A DNA stretch of 64,000 bases from Octopus sinensis (taxonomy: Eukaryota), in NCBI RefSeq assembly GCF_006345805.1, contig NC_043013.1, forward strand, positions 36,766,001 through 36,830,000, given 5' to 3'. The notes beneath the pieces were generated by a model. The model had not been told where the DNA came from, did no database searches, and was given only the letters and a program-made list of their open reading frames with translations. Shown piece by piece: positions 27,199-41,002 of this stretch; position 1 is the stretch's first letter; the number at the start of each line of letters is the position of its first letter. The translations under genes were made by a program, and so were the position numbers.

Positions 27199-27638
27199 TT
27201 CGGGAAAGAATACACTATAGATATTGTAGCCGTAGACAAGAAAATAATAGTAATATAGGGTGTAGCTTTTGGCTGCAATTCTTTGATCGTAGGGGTTTCC
27301 TTCTCGGTCAGATCCAGAACTAGGTCGACATCGGGGTTGACCCAGTGATATACAACTCACTGACTTTTTTTTCCATGTAGCTATATATGTGCATTATAAA
27401 TCTCGACCTGTAATAGCTATAGGGGTAGCATGTTTATAGAGGAGCTATCACACCCTCTGTTTTGGGGTTTGCATTTGTGGAAACGCGTTTCGAGGGTTTC
27501 GAGCCCCACCTCTCATTTTCTGGATGTGTGCGTGTGTGTGTGTATGTGATTAGGTTGTCTCTCAATAATTGTATAATCTGCATAATTTTCAAGTACTCTC
27601 TGTATTATATAGTAATATATTTTCCAGTAGTTTGTCGA

Positions 27639-27807
27639 TGTGGTAAGTAGCTTGCTAACCAACCACATGGTTCCGGGTTCAGTCCCACTGCGTGGCACCT
27701 TGGGCAAGTGTCTTCTGCTATAGCCCTCGGGCCGACCAATGCCTTGTGAGTGGATTTGGTAGACGGAAACTGAAAGAAACCTGTCGTATATGTATATATA
27801 TATATAT

Positions 27808-27838
<31 letters not shown>

Positions 27839-28042
27839 CTGTGTTTGTCACCCTAGCATTGCTTGACAACCGATGCTGGTGTGTTTACGTCCCCGTCACT
27901 AAGCGGTTCGGCAAAAAAAAAAACCGATAGAATAAGTACTGGGCTTACAAAGAATAAGTCCCGGGGTCGATTTGCTCGACTAAAGGCGGTGCTCCAGCAT
28001 GGCCGCAGTCAAATGACTGAAACAAGTAAAAGAGTGAAAGAG
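27639..28042 (+). mobile_element. Family B composite SINE (tRNA-like head, CORE-like ACCTTGGGCAAGT block, internal AT/GT microsatellite, 3' module)
   Basis: tgtggtaagtagcttgc...gggttcagtccc...accttgggcaagtgtc...(TA)n...cttgacaaccgatgctggtg...ggggtcgatttgctcgactaaaggcggtgctccagcatggccgcagtc...aaacaagtaaaagag. Colinear with 44215-44596 (minus strand). Confidence 0.85.
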
Positions 28043-28489
28043 TTTCTCAGTATATACAGCTGCACACACACACACACACACACACACCACACACACACAC
28101 ATACACGTGTATGTGTGTATGTTGTGGAGAAGATGTGAGACTGCTAGCTGCCATCCATGCATGTCTCACTTCCCACTGCACTTCCTCTTAGCTCTGCTCT
28201 GTGTGTGTGTACAGTCCAGGTGCACCACAACTACTCGCTGCGCATCACACCATCGCCTAAAATATCGTTGTTTGATGTTAAGGGATAAGAACCTCGCTGA
28301 GCTGCGACATGCAAATAACAACGGAACTCCTTGTCACCTAGCAGTATTATATTTATGTTTAGCAACCCATCAACGCTGTGGTTTTCTTCTTCTTTTTTTT
28401 TTTTTTTTCCTTTTTATTTAGTACTTTATTTTACTTGCTATTATTGAACGGGGGGGGGGGGGCAGCTTTATTTTCATGCACTCGCACAC

Positions 28490-29222
28490 ACATTTACACA
28501 CACACTCACAAAGAGAGGCAGACACACACACATCATACATACATACATATATACATACATACATATATACATACATCACACATACATACACACTACATAC
28601 ATACACACATACTACACACATACATACACATACATACATACATATATACATACATACATACATACACACACATACATATATACATACATACACACATACA
28701 TACATACATACATACATACATACATACATACATACAATCATACATACATTCACACATACATACATACATACATACACACACATACATATATACATACATA
28801 CACACATACATACATACATACATACATACATACATACATACATACATACAATCATACATACATTCACACATACATACACACATACATACATACACATACA
28901 TACACACATACATACATACATACATACATACATACATACATACATACATACAATCATACATACATACACACATACATACACACATACATACATACACACA
29001 TACATACATACATACATACATACATACATACATACAATCATACATACATACATACATACATACAATCATACATACATTCACACATACATACATACATACA
29101 TACATACACACACATACATATATACATACATACACATACATACATACATATACATACATACATACATACATACATACATACATACATACATACACACATA
29201 CATACATACACACATACATACA
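28490..29222. repeat. ~730-bp (TACA)n-derived compound satellite with higher-order units
   Basis: The variant marker tacaatca recurs at about 28734, 28847, 28929, 29034 and 29062. Confidence 0.9.
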
Positions 29223-29340
29223 GGCACACATGTACGTGTGCCTGTGAGTATGTGTGTGTGTGTGTGTTTGTTTACCATCGCTTGACAACTGGTTGTTGGT
29301 TTGTTTACGTCCCTGTCATGACCAACTCGGCAAAAATAAC

Positions 29341-29724
29341 GGGCGCAGGAGTGGCCGTGTGGTTCTCAATAACATCGTTGCGAGTTCAGTCCCATTGCGT
29401 GGCATCTTGAGCAAGTGTCTTCTACTATGGCCTCGGGTCGACCAAAGCCTTGTGAGTGAATTTGGTAGACAGAGACAGCCCGTCGTGTGTGCGTGGGCGT
29501 GTGTCATTCTGTCTATGTTTCGCCCACCCACACACTTCCGCTTGACAACTGGTATTGGTGTGTTTACACTCTTGTAACTTAGCGGTTCGGCAAAAGTGAT
29601 CAATAGAATAAGTACCAGGCTTTAAAAAAAAAAGGATTTAGATATTGGGGTCGATTCATACGACTAAAAAATTCTTTGGGTTGGTGCCCCAGCATGGCCG
29701 CAGGCTAATGACTGACAAATAAGA
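29341..29724 (+). mobile_element. Family B SINE, full head, preceded by a partial 3' half at ~29255-29338
   Basis: ggcgcaggagtggccgtgtgg...gagttcagtccc...ttgagcaagtgtcttctacta...ggggtcgattcatacgac...cagcatggccgcag. Confidence 0.8.
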
Positions 29725-30372
29725 GATGCGCGCACGCACGCACACACATGTATGTATGTATGTATGTATGTATGTATGTATGTATGTATGTATGTATATG
29801 TATGTATAGTCTGGTAGTGAGTTAAAGATTCGCAGAGACGTCTAAGGCAGACTTTGTCAAACCGACTGGCAGACACAGACACACACGCAGACAGACAGAC
29901 AGACAGCACAAAGCCAGACAGACAGACAGACAGACATACAGACAGACAGCCAGCCAAGTAGACACAGTGAGACGACGTGATTGATTGTAGTTAAACCGAC
30001 ATGTATGTAGATAATTAGTCGGTTGGTTATTGGTAAATAGTTTGTTTTGCTATATCTGTTTGTTAATAGTTGTGGTTTCGAATCCATGTAATTAACTGAT
30101 GCAGCCAGTTTAAGCTATGCCTCATTGCTGTCACTGTCGCCGTTGTCTCTCTCCTTCCTTTCTTCCTTCCTTTCTTTCTTTCTTTCTTTCTTCTTCGCCA
30201 CCCCTACCCCCACCCCACACCTCCATTCAATTAGTCTGTTGACTGTGTTGTAACTGTGTCTTCCTTCATACCTGGCTGGGAGCATGCATGTGTGCATGCG
30301 TGTGATGTGGTGGCTTCAAGCGTTTTCGGCCATGCCATGAATATCTCGACGTTAACTTCTCTTTCCATGCAC

Positions 30373-30409
<37 letters not shown>

Positions 30410-31173
30410 AGCACACAGTACATATCAACAAACCAGTCGGTGTGTCAAGTTGTGTTTAACGTCGAAGCTCAGAAATGTTTTATTGTTGCCGGGGGAAGTA
30501 CTAATTACAAAACTACGAGATTGGACTGTTTGTTGGGGTAGCAATTAACCGAATCTGTTAGGACTTCTATTATTCATTGATTCATTCTTTTTCGTTTTAA
30601 ATTTTCTTTTGTCTTCTTTTTTTTTTTGGCATGCTTTTTACTATACTTTCTGTTGTTTTTGTATGTATATATGTGTGAATGTTTGTGGTACAAGCAGGGA
30701 AAATAGAACTCAACACGCAACATAGAGCATACGTATTTCTTTACTATTTAACTGTAAAGTTAGCTGCGTAAGTTACCCAAGGACCTAGAATTTGGTGCCT
30801 TGCAATTTGGCATTAATCTGTAGGCACTTGTGTAGCTTTGCAGTTGAATCATGTCGATAACGATTTTATACATATATGCACACACACACATCTTCAAAAC
30901 CCCTTGGCATCTGAAATATAAAAAAGAAAGCTGATCACCTGTCGATGAATGATATCTTAACACACAGTTGCTAATGCATGGGTTAAACAGGCCATTTACC
31001 TCATGCGTTAAATCAACACTTCAAGCGCGAATGTTGTACAACGAGATCAACAAAACTGCATACTGTCCCTCTCTCCATGCATCCATCCATCTAAAGATTT
31101 GCAAATCAGTAAACCAAGTTGGGTTGACGCAGTTGCTAGTGTCTATCACCTTTTCTTTACAATCCCCTTTATG

Positions 31174-31444
31174 TACTGAGTTCAGATCCCACCGAGGTCA
31201 ACTTAACCTTTCATGCCTTCGGAGTCCTTAAAAATTATAGCACCAGTCAAGCACTGAATCGCCATCTATAGTGGCGGCTTGCTGGCAGAATCGTTAGCAC
31301 GCCAGGCAAAATGCTTAGCGACATTTCGTCCGTCCTTGTGTTCTGAGTTCAAATACCACCGGGGCCTTTCATCATACTGGGAGTTGATGTAATCGACTTT
31401 ATCCCTTTACCGAAATTACTGGCCGTATACCAAATTTGAAACCA
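31174..31444 (+). mobile_element. Two tandem family A SINE pieces (partial 31174-31258; internally deleted copy 31273-31444)
   Basis: ggcggcttgctggcagaatcgttagcacgcc...ttctgagttcaaatacc...gatgtaatcgact. Confidence 0.75.
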
Positions 31445-32072
31445 GTATTCATCTACAGCATTCTGGATGTGAAACAAATTCTAATTGAAGACTAAGAATG
31501 GGGCGCGATTAATTTGACTCTGGTTTCTACCTGTCTCTTTGCCCATCTACCATCAGTCTATCTCTCTATCTACCTGTCTACATGAGGTTTCCAAACCTGT
31601 CTAATACTATTAAAGTGTTCGTTTGGGGTTTTGCCACACCGTTACAGATATCCAGCGTACAGCTCTTCATTAATACTTGAATGCTTGATGAACGTGGCAG
31701 GATTTGACCTCACAATGTAAAGGCACATAACTCACTTTCACATACTTTTTATCGGCGTTTCAGTTCGAAATAGTTTTATATATAGCACAGCCATTCAACA
31801 AAAGTGCTGTGTTAGTTGAACGGCTGTATATATTAGGGAAAATGTGCGTGTGTGTGTGTGTATGACTGAGAGAGTGGTGGGGGGTGAGAAAGGAAAATTA
31901 TGTAGGTATATAAAACACACATCATCATCACCACATTCTCTAAGAGACCCGTACGAATACTTACATTTTATACAGTTGAGCGCACATTCATACAAACTTG
32001 GGACTTTCTTCATTCTCTTCTTCGCTTACATATAGACACTTACTTGAATGTACGCACTTACACACACACCCT

Positions 32073-32108
<36 letters not shown>

Positions 32109-32154
32109 TAGGTGATGACATATTTAACAGTTATATATTGTGTTAATTTAGCAC

Positions 32155-32185
<31 letters not shown>

Positions 32186-32807
32186 CCCGTCACACATACA
32201 CACACATACGCACATACACAAAAGTTCGGCACGTGTGCACCTGATATCACCCATCCACGCATTGATGAACATCTTTCACGCGCATCACTTCAGATTAACC
32301 GCCTCTAGAGTGTGACACCGCATTTGCATATATACTACACACATACACACACACGCGCATACGCAAGCATGGGTCTGAACAATTAAATCGACTACAGTGC
32401 TTAATTGGTCTTTATTTTATCGACCGTAGCGAGATTTGAACTCAGGACGCCACTAAATACTTTAAAGCAAATAGACTGTTAATGCCAATGATCCCTATTC
32501 ATTCTACAATGCTGGTTTTCTTCACACCCAATAGCTTATATATGCTTGCAATACTATTAAATTGTTGAATGTAAATCTAAAACCCCTGACTCAAAACCTG
32601 CTACAAACTTTGACAGCCTTTCTTTCATATCTGACTTTCTCAATCATGCAGCTCCCACACTCTTCCACATGACTAACAGCGTCTCTTATTGATTTCCCTC
32701 TTCTCTTTCTATATCAGTTCTTCCATGTCAGTCCTTGTTTTATATATTCCCGTTCGCAGTTCTGCAACCCAAATAGTAAGATCCTCCGCTCCTCTCTCTC
32801 TCTCACT

Positions 32808-32835
32808 TCGAAGAAGGACAACTGTCTGAAACGTT
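32808..32835 (+). mobile_element. Degenerate Penelope-type hammerhead-like motif
   Basis: TCGAAGA-A-GGACA-AC-TGTCT-GAAAC-GTT after a (CT)n tract. Confidence 0.4.
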
Positions 32836-33257
32836 GGATTACTTTACACTTCTCAGCAAATCTTCTCATTAAACTCTTCAACGAGCTGTTTAAATGTTAA
32901 TTTGTTAAATGCCCGTAGCATTTTAATTAGGACCCTCTACCACCACCTTCTCTCGCTCTCACACACTGATACCTATACACTCACGTTTCTACCTCCTTCC
33001 ATCTCTCACACACATACTTTCTTGCCCGTCTCTCTCTCCTCTCTCTCTCTCTCTCTCTGTCTTTCACACACACACATACCACCCTGTACTCCTTTTCCAC
33101 ACTCTCTCTCTCTCTCTCTCTCTTGCCACTGTTCACATTGTGATCCTACTTCGAATTTAACCATCAACTTCCAACACTAGGTCTGCCATCGTGAAGCCAT
33201 CACCACTGGAGACTGATCTCCACTTCTAACCTTAACCATTAACAACGAGATCGCCTC

Positions 33258-33365
33258 ATCGTGATCGCTCGACTTGCTGGATATTACAGCCACATTTCCT
33301 TGAAATTACACCCCATCAGCTTGGAGGAAAAGGCTGGACACATTGGATAATGTAATCCTCTGGTA
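33258..33365 (+). mobile_element. Family C fragment
   Basis: gtgatcgctcgacttgctgga...ggacacattggataatgtaatcct. Confidence 0.55.
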
Positions 33366-34495
33366 AAACGATGGGTTTGTCACCACCGACAATTGATCAC
33401 GTGTTCTTGAAGGTTGACTTTCGAGTAACAGTAACAACACTTACAATAACACCAACGGCAGACACAACCTTCTTTTCCACCACCACCACCAACAACAACA
33501 ACAATAAATTTAACCCAATCAACTACCAACAAGAACAACGAAAACTTACCCCCTCCCCATAACAACTGCTAAATTACCTTTAGTCTCTGATTAATTATTA
33601 GTTTGACTGCTTATCCATAGCATTTATAAATAGTTTCTTTTTGTGTGTGTGTGGTTTTATGCTTTTCAATCGAACCATTTCGGTTATTGTATGGCAAATT
33701 CACCATCAGACAAACAATTTTTTTTTTTTTTTGTAAATAACAAACAGCAATAATTGTAATTAGTAAACGTGCAAAACATTAATAAATAAAACAAAACGAG
33801 AATTGTTACTAAATTTTGTTCGTTGTCTTTTTGTCTTTTATTTCAAATTTTGTTTTGTTTTATTCCATGTTCTTTATTTTCTTAAAGCAGAGTTGTTTCC
33901 GGTTGCTTTTTGGAATTATTTTTTGCGAAAGGAAAAATGACTACGTAGGTGATCGATATGGTGGGATGGTAGGTAGGCAGTAAGGTCAACACTTCCCAAT
34001 TACGGACTTACGTATTCTACGTTCGAGTCCACAACCATTTACTTAATGGTATGCATCAGAAAATATAGAAAGAAATAGATAGACAGATATAAAAAACACA
34101 GATAGATTAAAAAAACGCACCAAAACGAAGTAATGCCGATCATTTTACAATGTGAGTTTCATATCCGGTTGGCTTGATTTTGTCCTTCATCTTTCCAGGG
34201 TCGATAAAAAATTTTGTGTCCTGTGCCAGTATAAGAAATGGAAGTAGTTGGTTGCGAAGTAACGGAAAAGGGCCAAAGTGCCAACCAGAACTAAATTGCC
34301 TCATTCAAATTCTGCTCGATGTGAACTGAACATATCATTCGTTGTGAGGTTCCATAAATCGAGTACCTATCATGTACTTGTAGTCGGTTCAACCGCAGTA
34401 CTTTTCCTCTTACGTACATGCAGCCCTGTGGTAATAGAGAGAATAAATGAAAATAAATACTACTACTACTACTACTACTACCAATGGTAGCAATA

Positions 34496-34728
34496 TGTTT
34501 CTTTATTACCCACAAGGGGCTAAACACAGAGGGGACAAACAAGGACAGACAAAGGGATTAAGTTGATTACATCGCCCCCAGTGCGAAAGTGGTACTTTAT
34601 TTATCGACCCCGAAAGGATGAAAGGCAAAGTCAACCTCGGCGGAATTTGAACTCAGAACGTAACGCCATACGAAATACGGCTAGGCATTTCGCCCGGCGT
34701 GCTAACGGTTCTGCCAGCTTGCCGCCTT
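34496..34728 (-). mobile_element. Young full-length family A SINE (233 bp) with 17-bp TSD
   Basis: Pol III A-box-like TGGCAGAACCG and B-box-like GAGTTCAAATTCC on the minus strand. The central GGTTGACTTTGCCTTTCATCCTTTCGGGGTCGATAAA block resembles the Meta/Sauria-type SINE domain as I recall it. TACCAATGGTAGCAATA is duplicated at 34479-34495 and 34729-34745. Confidence 0.92.
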
Positions 34729-35109
34729 TACCAATGGTAGCAATAACAATATCAGTACTTGAATCCATTGCACATTGGTAACTGCAACATCGTCACTAAG
34801 AGCTTATATATACACTGGCACCATCTCTAAGTGTGTATATAACAACCCTAACATCGCCTCTACCATCAACAACAGCAACAACAACAACAACAACACTGGT
34901 CTCACCAAACCACGTGTGTGGCTTCAACAAAACCAGTTCTGACTCGATAACGCGTTTACATTGCTTGCTTCCAGTGACTTTGGTGAATTTGATTACGAGA
35001 GGCGCTTAGCTGGAACTGAACTTCTGAACTTCAGTTTCTTGTGTGAGTTTCAAAATATCTAGGCATATATGTTCGTGGACTTACGTGCAATTATATACTT
35101 TACTCGAAT

Positions 35110-35141
<32 letters not shown>

Positions 35142-35421
35142 CTATCAGTTACACGGTGTTTATCGTCGAATAAGCAAGCAAAGTAATTTACATTGAAACA
35201 ATACAAGAAATAAGAGGGTGTGTGTGCGAGAGAGTAAGAGAGAGAGAGAGAGAGAGAAAGAAAGAAAGAGAAAGAGAGAGAGAGAGAGAGAGAATTGCAT
35301 CATCACCATTCGTAACATCCGGCTCTCACTTTACAAAACAACCCGCATTTCGTCTTATTGAACCGAACAAAATTGACAGGAAAACAAAGTTGCTTGGTTT
35401 TCTGTTAAAGTTATTTTTTTC

Positions 35422-35454
<33 letters not shown>

Positions 35455-36422
35455 GTTATTTTGTTTGTTTTTTTTTTAGTTCGGTTATCTTCCTTCCCTT
35501 TCTTTTTTGTTTTTTTTTCTGAAGAAAGAAGAAAAATCTGATGGTGAAATAAATGTAGAGAGAAAGCGTAAGAGAGAGACGGAAGGAGAGCGAGGGAGAG
35601 AGAGTGAGAGAGAGAAAGGGAAATAAGACAAAATGGCGGAGATAACTGACCAAAAAGCGGCGTATCTTAGCAACCATTGTCTTCATGATAAATTACAGTA
35701 GTGATTTGTTATGGTGTTGAGGGGAGGAGAAGGTTAATTCGCCTTTCTTTCTTTTCTCTGTCTATTTCGCTTTCATTCATTCATTATTTGCCTTCTTCTT
35801 TTTTTTCTTTTTTTTTTTTTGTTCTTTCTTTACTGTCAACTAGTTTGAAAGTTTACTTGCACAGTTGGCAATGGTGTTGACGGCAGCAGCAGCGGTTCTA
35901 GTAGTAGTGGTGGTGGTGGTAGAGGTGGTGGTGGTGATAGTCGTCGTCATGGTTGTAGTGATAGTAATGGTTACGGTATATTATTGGTTCGTATTGGTGG
36001 TTAGCGATTATTAAAATGCTGGTGGAGTTTTTTGTAGTGTAAAAAACGACGAAAAAAAAACACCTTTACATATTCTTTCATTGTTTGACGGTTCTTGTTG
36101 GCGAAAATATATCGAGAGAGAGAGAGAGAGAGAGAGAGAGGAGGGTTAAATAAGAGAGATGAATTAGAAAGGAAGAATGCTAATAATAGAGGAAAATGAG
36201 AAATATTTGCGTTTAATTCAAAATGCTTTAAAAAAATAACAAATACACGAACTACCGCTCAACAACACTAATTATATCGCAACACACTAATTATACAACG
36301 TGTAACATTAAATAAAACGATAGTGTGTTTGGGATATTAGATCAAGTAATTTTAGTTGCATACGTGCCACAGTACCTCTTTTATTTAGCAGTATTATTAT
36401 TATTATTATTACTACTATTTAA

Positions 36423-36839
36423 AAGGCGGCGAGCTGGTAGAATCGTTAGCACGCTGGGCGAAATACTTAGCGGTATTCCGCCCGTCGTTACCCTTCTGAG
36501 TTCAAATTCCGTTGAGGTTGGCTTTACCTTTCATTCTTTCGGAGTCGATAAATTAACTACCAGTGAAACACTGAAGGATTATTATTATCATTATCATTAT
36601 TATTATTACTACTAAAAAGGCGGCGAGCTGGCAGAATCGTTAACACGCTGGACGAAATGGGTAGCAGTATTTTGCTCGTCGCTATGTTCTGAGTGCAATT
36701 TCCGTCAAGCTCTCTACTTTACCTTTCATCCTTTCGGGGGTTGATAAATGAAGTACTAGTTACGCACTGTAGTTGATGTAATCGATTACCCCCCCCCACC
36801 TACAAAATTCCAGGCCTTGTGTCAATAGTAGAAAGGATT
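36423..36839 (+). mobile_element. Head-to-tail family A SINE dimer (36423-36577, 36617-36839) separated and flanked by (ATT)n
   Basis: aaggcggcgagctgg-agaatcgtta-cacgctgg occurs at both 36423 and 36617. Confidence 0.85.
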
Positions 36840-37214
36840 GCTATTATTATTATTAAATACGTTTTCATGTCGATGTTACTACCTCTCTCTCTCTCCCTCT
36901 CATTCCGTCCGTCTGTCTGTTTATCTATCTATATCTATATCTATCTATCTATCTATCTATCTATATCTATCTATCTATATCTATCTATCTATCTATCTAT
37001 CTATCCATCCATCCCACGCACCACACACACACACATATATATATATATATGCTAAGAAGTTTTCTAATTTTTCCATGGACCCCGAGACGTATTTCAGGGG
37101 CTTCATCCTAAAAATAAACCACATATCAGGCCCACTGAATTTATTTTCCAGGTCTCTCCTTCCAGATTCTCAAAAGCAGTCAATATTCTTTTATATCTCT
37201 GACGAATTTCTCTC

Positions 37215-37256
<42 letters not shown>

Positions 37257-37803
37257 CACACAAACACACGTTCGTTGTTGTATTTGCCGTTTATGTTCTT
37301 TGTCTCCTTTCTCTTCACTTTGGTTACATTTCACTTCTCAGATTTTTCGCTGGCAACCCCTTATCATCCACTTCTATCACCACCACCATCACCACTCACA
37401 TCTTCCTTATCTCTATATCTACTTCTCTTTTTACTCTCTCCTCAACAGAACTCACTTTCTTTCTTTCTTTCTTTCACCTTTCTACAACTGTTCTTTTTGT
37501 TAGCTTTGTTATTCTTTTCCCCCTTATACCTCATCAACCCGTCTCAATGATTCTAACTCTCTCCTCTGTCTTCTTTGTCGGTCACTTTCGTAGATATCGA
37601 TTAACATCTTCCGATCACGCACAGCCTGATCGATATATAGACTGGCAGATAGATTTGAATGCTGCAGACTTTGTCTTAGTAAGATGTAATTAACTGGCAT
37701 TTCTTCCCTGACCGACCAAATTTCATTCTGTGAGTGTGTGTATGTGAGTATATATATATATATATATACACACATACATATTTATAATGTTGCTATACGT
37801 ATT

Positions 37804-37848
<45 letters not shown>

Positions 37849-38042
37849 GATGAGTAAATCAGCATGTGATATTGGACTGTAATTAAAAATCTGAGAAATT
37901 TATGAGGCACATTGTGTATATATGTACATGTGTATATATGAATGCGTTTATAAAGGCACATTCTATGAATGCGTACATGCGTATATGAATGGTATAAACT
38001 GAAAATAAATCAAGGCAAAGAAATTAAAATAATATACATATA

Positions 38043-38109
<67 letters not shown>

Positions 38110-38111
<2 letters not shown>

Positions 38112-38470
38112 TTTACTTCTTTCTGTCAGTGGATTTCAACCATGCTGGGGCACCGCCTTGAAGAGTTTTGGCGAAGAAATCAACCCCAGTACATATTTAT
38201 TTAACCCTGGTATTTATCATATCGGTCTATTTCGAACCGAACCGCTAAGCTACATAGCGTAAACAAACCAGCACCGGTTTTCAAGCGGTGGTGGTGTGGG
38301 TCAAACACAAATCCACACACGCACGTTTACGACGGGCTTCTTTCAATTTCCGTCCGCCAAATCCACTCACAAGGCCAATGGGTTATCGAAGACACTTGGT
38401 CAAAGCGTCACCTAATGGAACTGAACTCAAAATCCATGTGGTTTGGAAACAGAGTACTTACCCATACGCC
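38110..38470 (-). mobile_element. Family B SINE
   Basis: ccatgctggggcaccgcc...gaaccgctaag...gacgggcttctttcaatttccgtc-gccaaatccactcacaagg...gaagacacttgg. Confidence 0.75.
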
Positions 38471-40102
38471 CCACAAGGAGAATTGACATCGAAGGTGGCA
38501 TAGCAATATGAAGAACACGAAGGTGCATCGGCTGGTTTGAATGGTGAAGATGAAGGTGGGGGAGATAGTACGGAGGTGCAGGGTCCCATTAATGACAGAC
38601 GCATAATGAATAAACGTCTAAACGATCCTGATTTTTGTTGTTGATTAACTCTAGATTAGCATTGATCATGTAATATCTATGATCTGCATTGTCTAATGTG
38701 TTCCTCCTTTTGTTTCTTTTTCTTTTTTTTTTTTCTTTGTTCTTCAACATTAAGAAGGTCTGGCTACTACTTCTAGCACGCCAAGCGTCTCCATAACGCC
38801 GTTCGTTGGTCGGTCCAGACGATAATTGGTGATGGTTGTTGGTTGGTGAGGTGACAGGTGTTAGGTTGTTTCAGCGTCGAGTTAGAAGGCAGACGTTTAT
38901 TACCAATTGCATTTATTGCTGCGGGTGTGGAGGTACATTACATGTGGAAGAAGATGAGGTACCCCAAGTCTTGCTGCCTCTCAAATGCACTTTCGCTACA
39001 CACACACATACACATACACACACCCATACAGAGAGAGAAGAGTGTGTGTGTTTGTGGGTGTATTTCTCACAGAGACAGAATGAAGGTGCTGAAGATATAC
39101 CAGGAAAAAACATAGAAACACACGTACACAGGTGGTACGACTGTTAAGGTGCCAGATCCTGTAATGCTGTTAGTTAAAAAGGGGGCGATTAATAGAGACC
39201 CATTAACAGCCTTACTCCCAGACATATTCACACGCACGCGCATGTGTGTGTGCGATCTTCTTATATGCGGTATATATATTTATATGTGCGACTGTGTGTA
39301 TAGACATGTGAGCATATACATATAATATATATATATTATATATATATATACACACGCTTGTTATGTATGTGCTCATATGTGAGATATGCAGTACACAGAG
39401 TCAGCTCAGAATCTATAGACTTCCAGTCTTGCTTGCAGTCGCCTATAGTTTAGAAGTTGGCGTCTAATCCGTGTGAAGTTGAAAAAAATAAAATATAAAA
39501 AAGGCACCGTTTAGACTTTTTCCTCTGTTTTGTTTTCTTTTTGTCGAAAATATATATTGTTACATACAATCAATATCTTTTAATTTTTAGTTTTAACCAC
39601 ACCCGCTATTGAAAGTGGTTGAGGTTTGATGCTGTGTGTGTGTGTGTGTGTGTGTTGTTTTCTTATTGTGTTTGAAATTTTTTATTTTTTTAATTTTTTA
39701 CAGTTAAATTCATTTTATTTGTTTGGCTCTGAAAAAAGGAAGAAAAAAAAATCATTGAATTTGCTGCAACCTCATTTTGTTGTTTGTGAGGAACGTGTGT
39801 TTGGTGTTCGGTGTGTAGGTGTCATAATTGTTAGTTTTGTTTCGTGTATGTGTGTGTGTGTTTATCAGCGTGGGTAGGCATTTGCACACGCACCCACACA
39901 TACACCAATACACACTCGCAAACACATTTATACACACACACACACACATATATATATAGCACGGTATTGACCAGACTATCGGATGTTGTTATACATCGCT
40001 GGTCACAATACGCTTGGCATTATTTTTAGTCTTGGACTGTTGCCACCCCGCTGGGTGGGTGAACAGGCCAACAATTACCCGCGATTGGAAGACCCTTCCG
40101 TC

Positions 40103-40255
40103 GCTGGGTTACCCATTTACCAGCTGAGTAGACCGGAGCAACGTGAAATGAAGCGCTTTGCTCCAGAACACAACACGCCGCCCGATTCGGGAATCGAACC
40201 CACCATCGGGCAATCGTGAGTGCAACACCCTAATGACTAAGCTACACGTCTCCAC
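40103..40255 (-). mobile_element. Family D tRNA-derived SINE
   Basis: Minus strand gtggagacgtgtagcttagtcattagggtgttgcactc...gggttcgattcccgaatc (B box) then gtgttctggagcaaagcgcttcatttcacgttgctcc. Confidence 0.7.
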
Positions 40256-40374
40256 ACAGGCTTCTTTCAGTTTCCGTGCACTAGGCGTGGGTCCTTCCAG
40301 ATCCCGGACATCCAAAGAGGGGTTCATGACTATCTGCTGGGACCTCCCCTAATAATAATAATAATAATAATAAT

Positions 40375-40513
40375 AATCCTTTCGGGGAGGGGTCTTGTCG
40401 ATTACATGGACCCCAGTGTTTCACTGGTATATAATTTATTGACCGCGAAAGGGTGAAAAGCAAAGTCAACCTCGATGGAATTTGAACTCAGAACGTAGCC
40501 ACGGGCGAAATAC
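40375..40513 (-). mobile_element. 5'-truncated family A SINE with (ATT)n tail
   Basis: gaaagggtgaaaagcaaagtcaacctcgatggaatttgaactcagaacg, abutting (AAT)n at 40351-40377. Confidence 0.75.
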
Positions 40514-40947
40514 ATAATTAAGGATGCCCATCAAACTTCATTTTGAATTCTGAGAGATCCTTTCCCTTCCTGTCGCCCAAAAGCAGCCTTTTTCCCCACC
40601 TTTTAAATCTTTTTATCGGAAACCATGTATGCTTGCCTTTGTATGCTTGCGTAGGTCCTGTGTGGGTTGAATGTCTACTGGTTGTAGGTACACTTGTTAA
40701 TTATACAATGCATTTACAAGCGTGTCTTCAAGGAACACAGAACACTATGTATTATTTGTGTGTGTGTGTTTGTGTGTGCGTGCGTATAGTGCAGGCACAG
40801 TGTTCAATGCAAATCGCTTTGCTTTAGATGTATAACAACAACATCAATAATAATAATAATAATAATATTTGAAACCATTATTATTATTTTTATCCCTATT
40901 TTTGTGTTTGGCCCTTGTAGCCAATAAGGAAAGTATTATTATCGTTA

Positions 40948-41002
<55 letters not shown>

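Noticed and set aside
27477-27520. Minus-strand GAAACGCGUU with an upstream stem, hammerhead-like
   Set aside because: The CUGA part of the core is missing; too degenerate to count.
28378-29288. Several 200-290 aa ORFs on both strands (HTYI/YVCM repeats)
   Set aside because: These are translations of the (TACA)n satellite, which lacks stop codons.
34640-34728. tRNA-like A/B boxes in SINE heads as tRNA genes
   Set aside because: No cloverleaf or acceptor stem is visible; they continue into SINE bodies.
38836-39147. ORF with CIYCCGCGG, superficially zinc-finger-like
   Set aside because: TTG start, no His pair or ZFHX similarity, and it runs into (CA)n.
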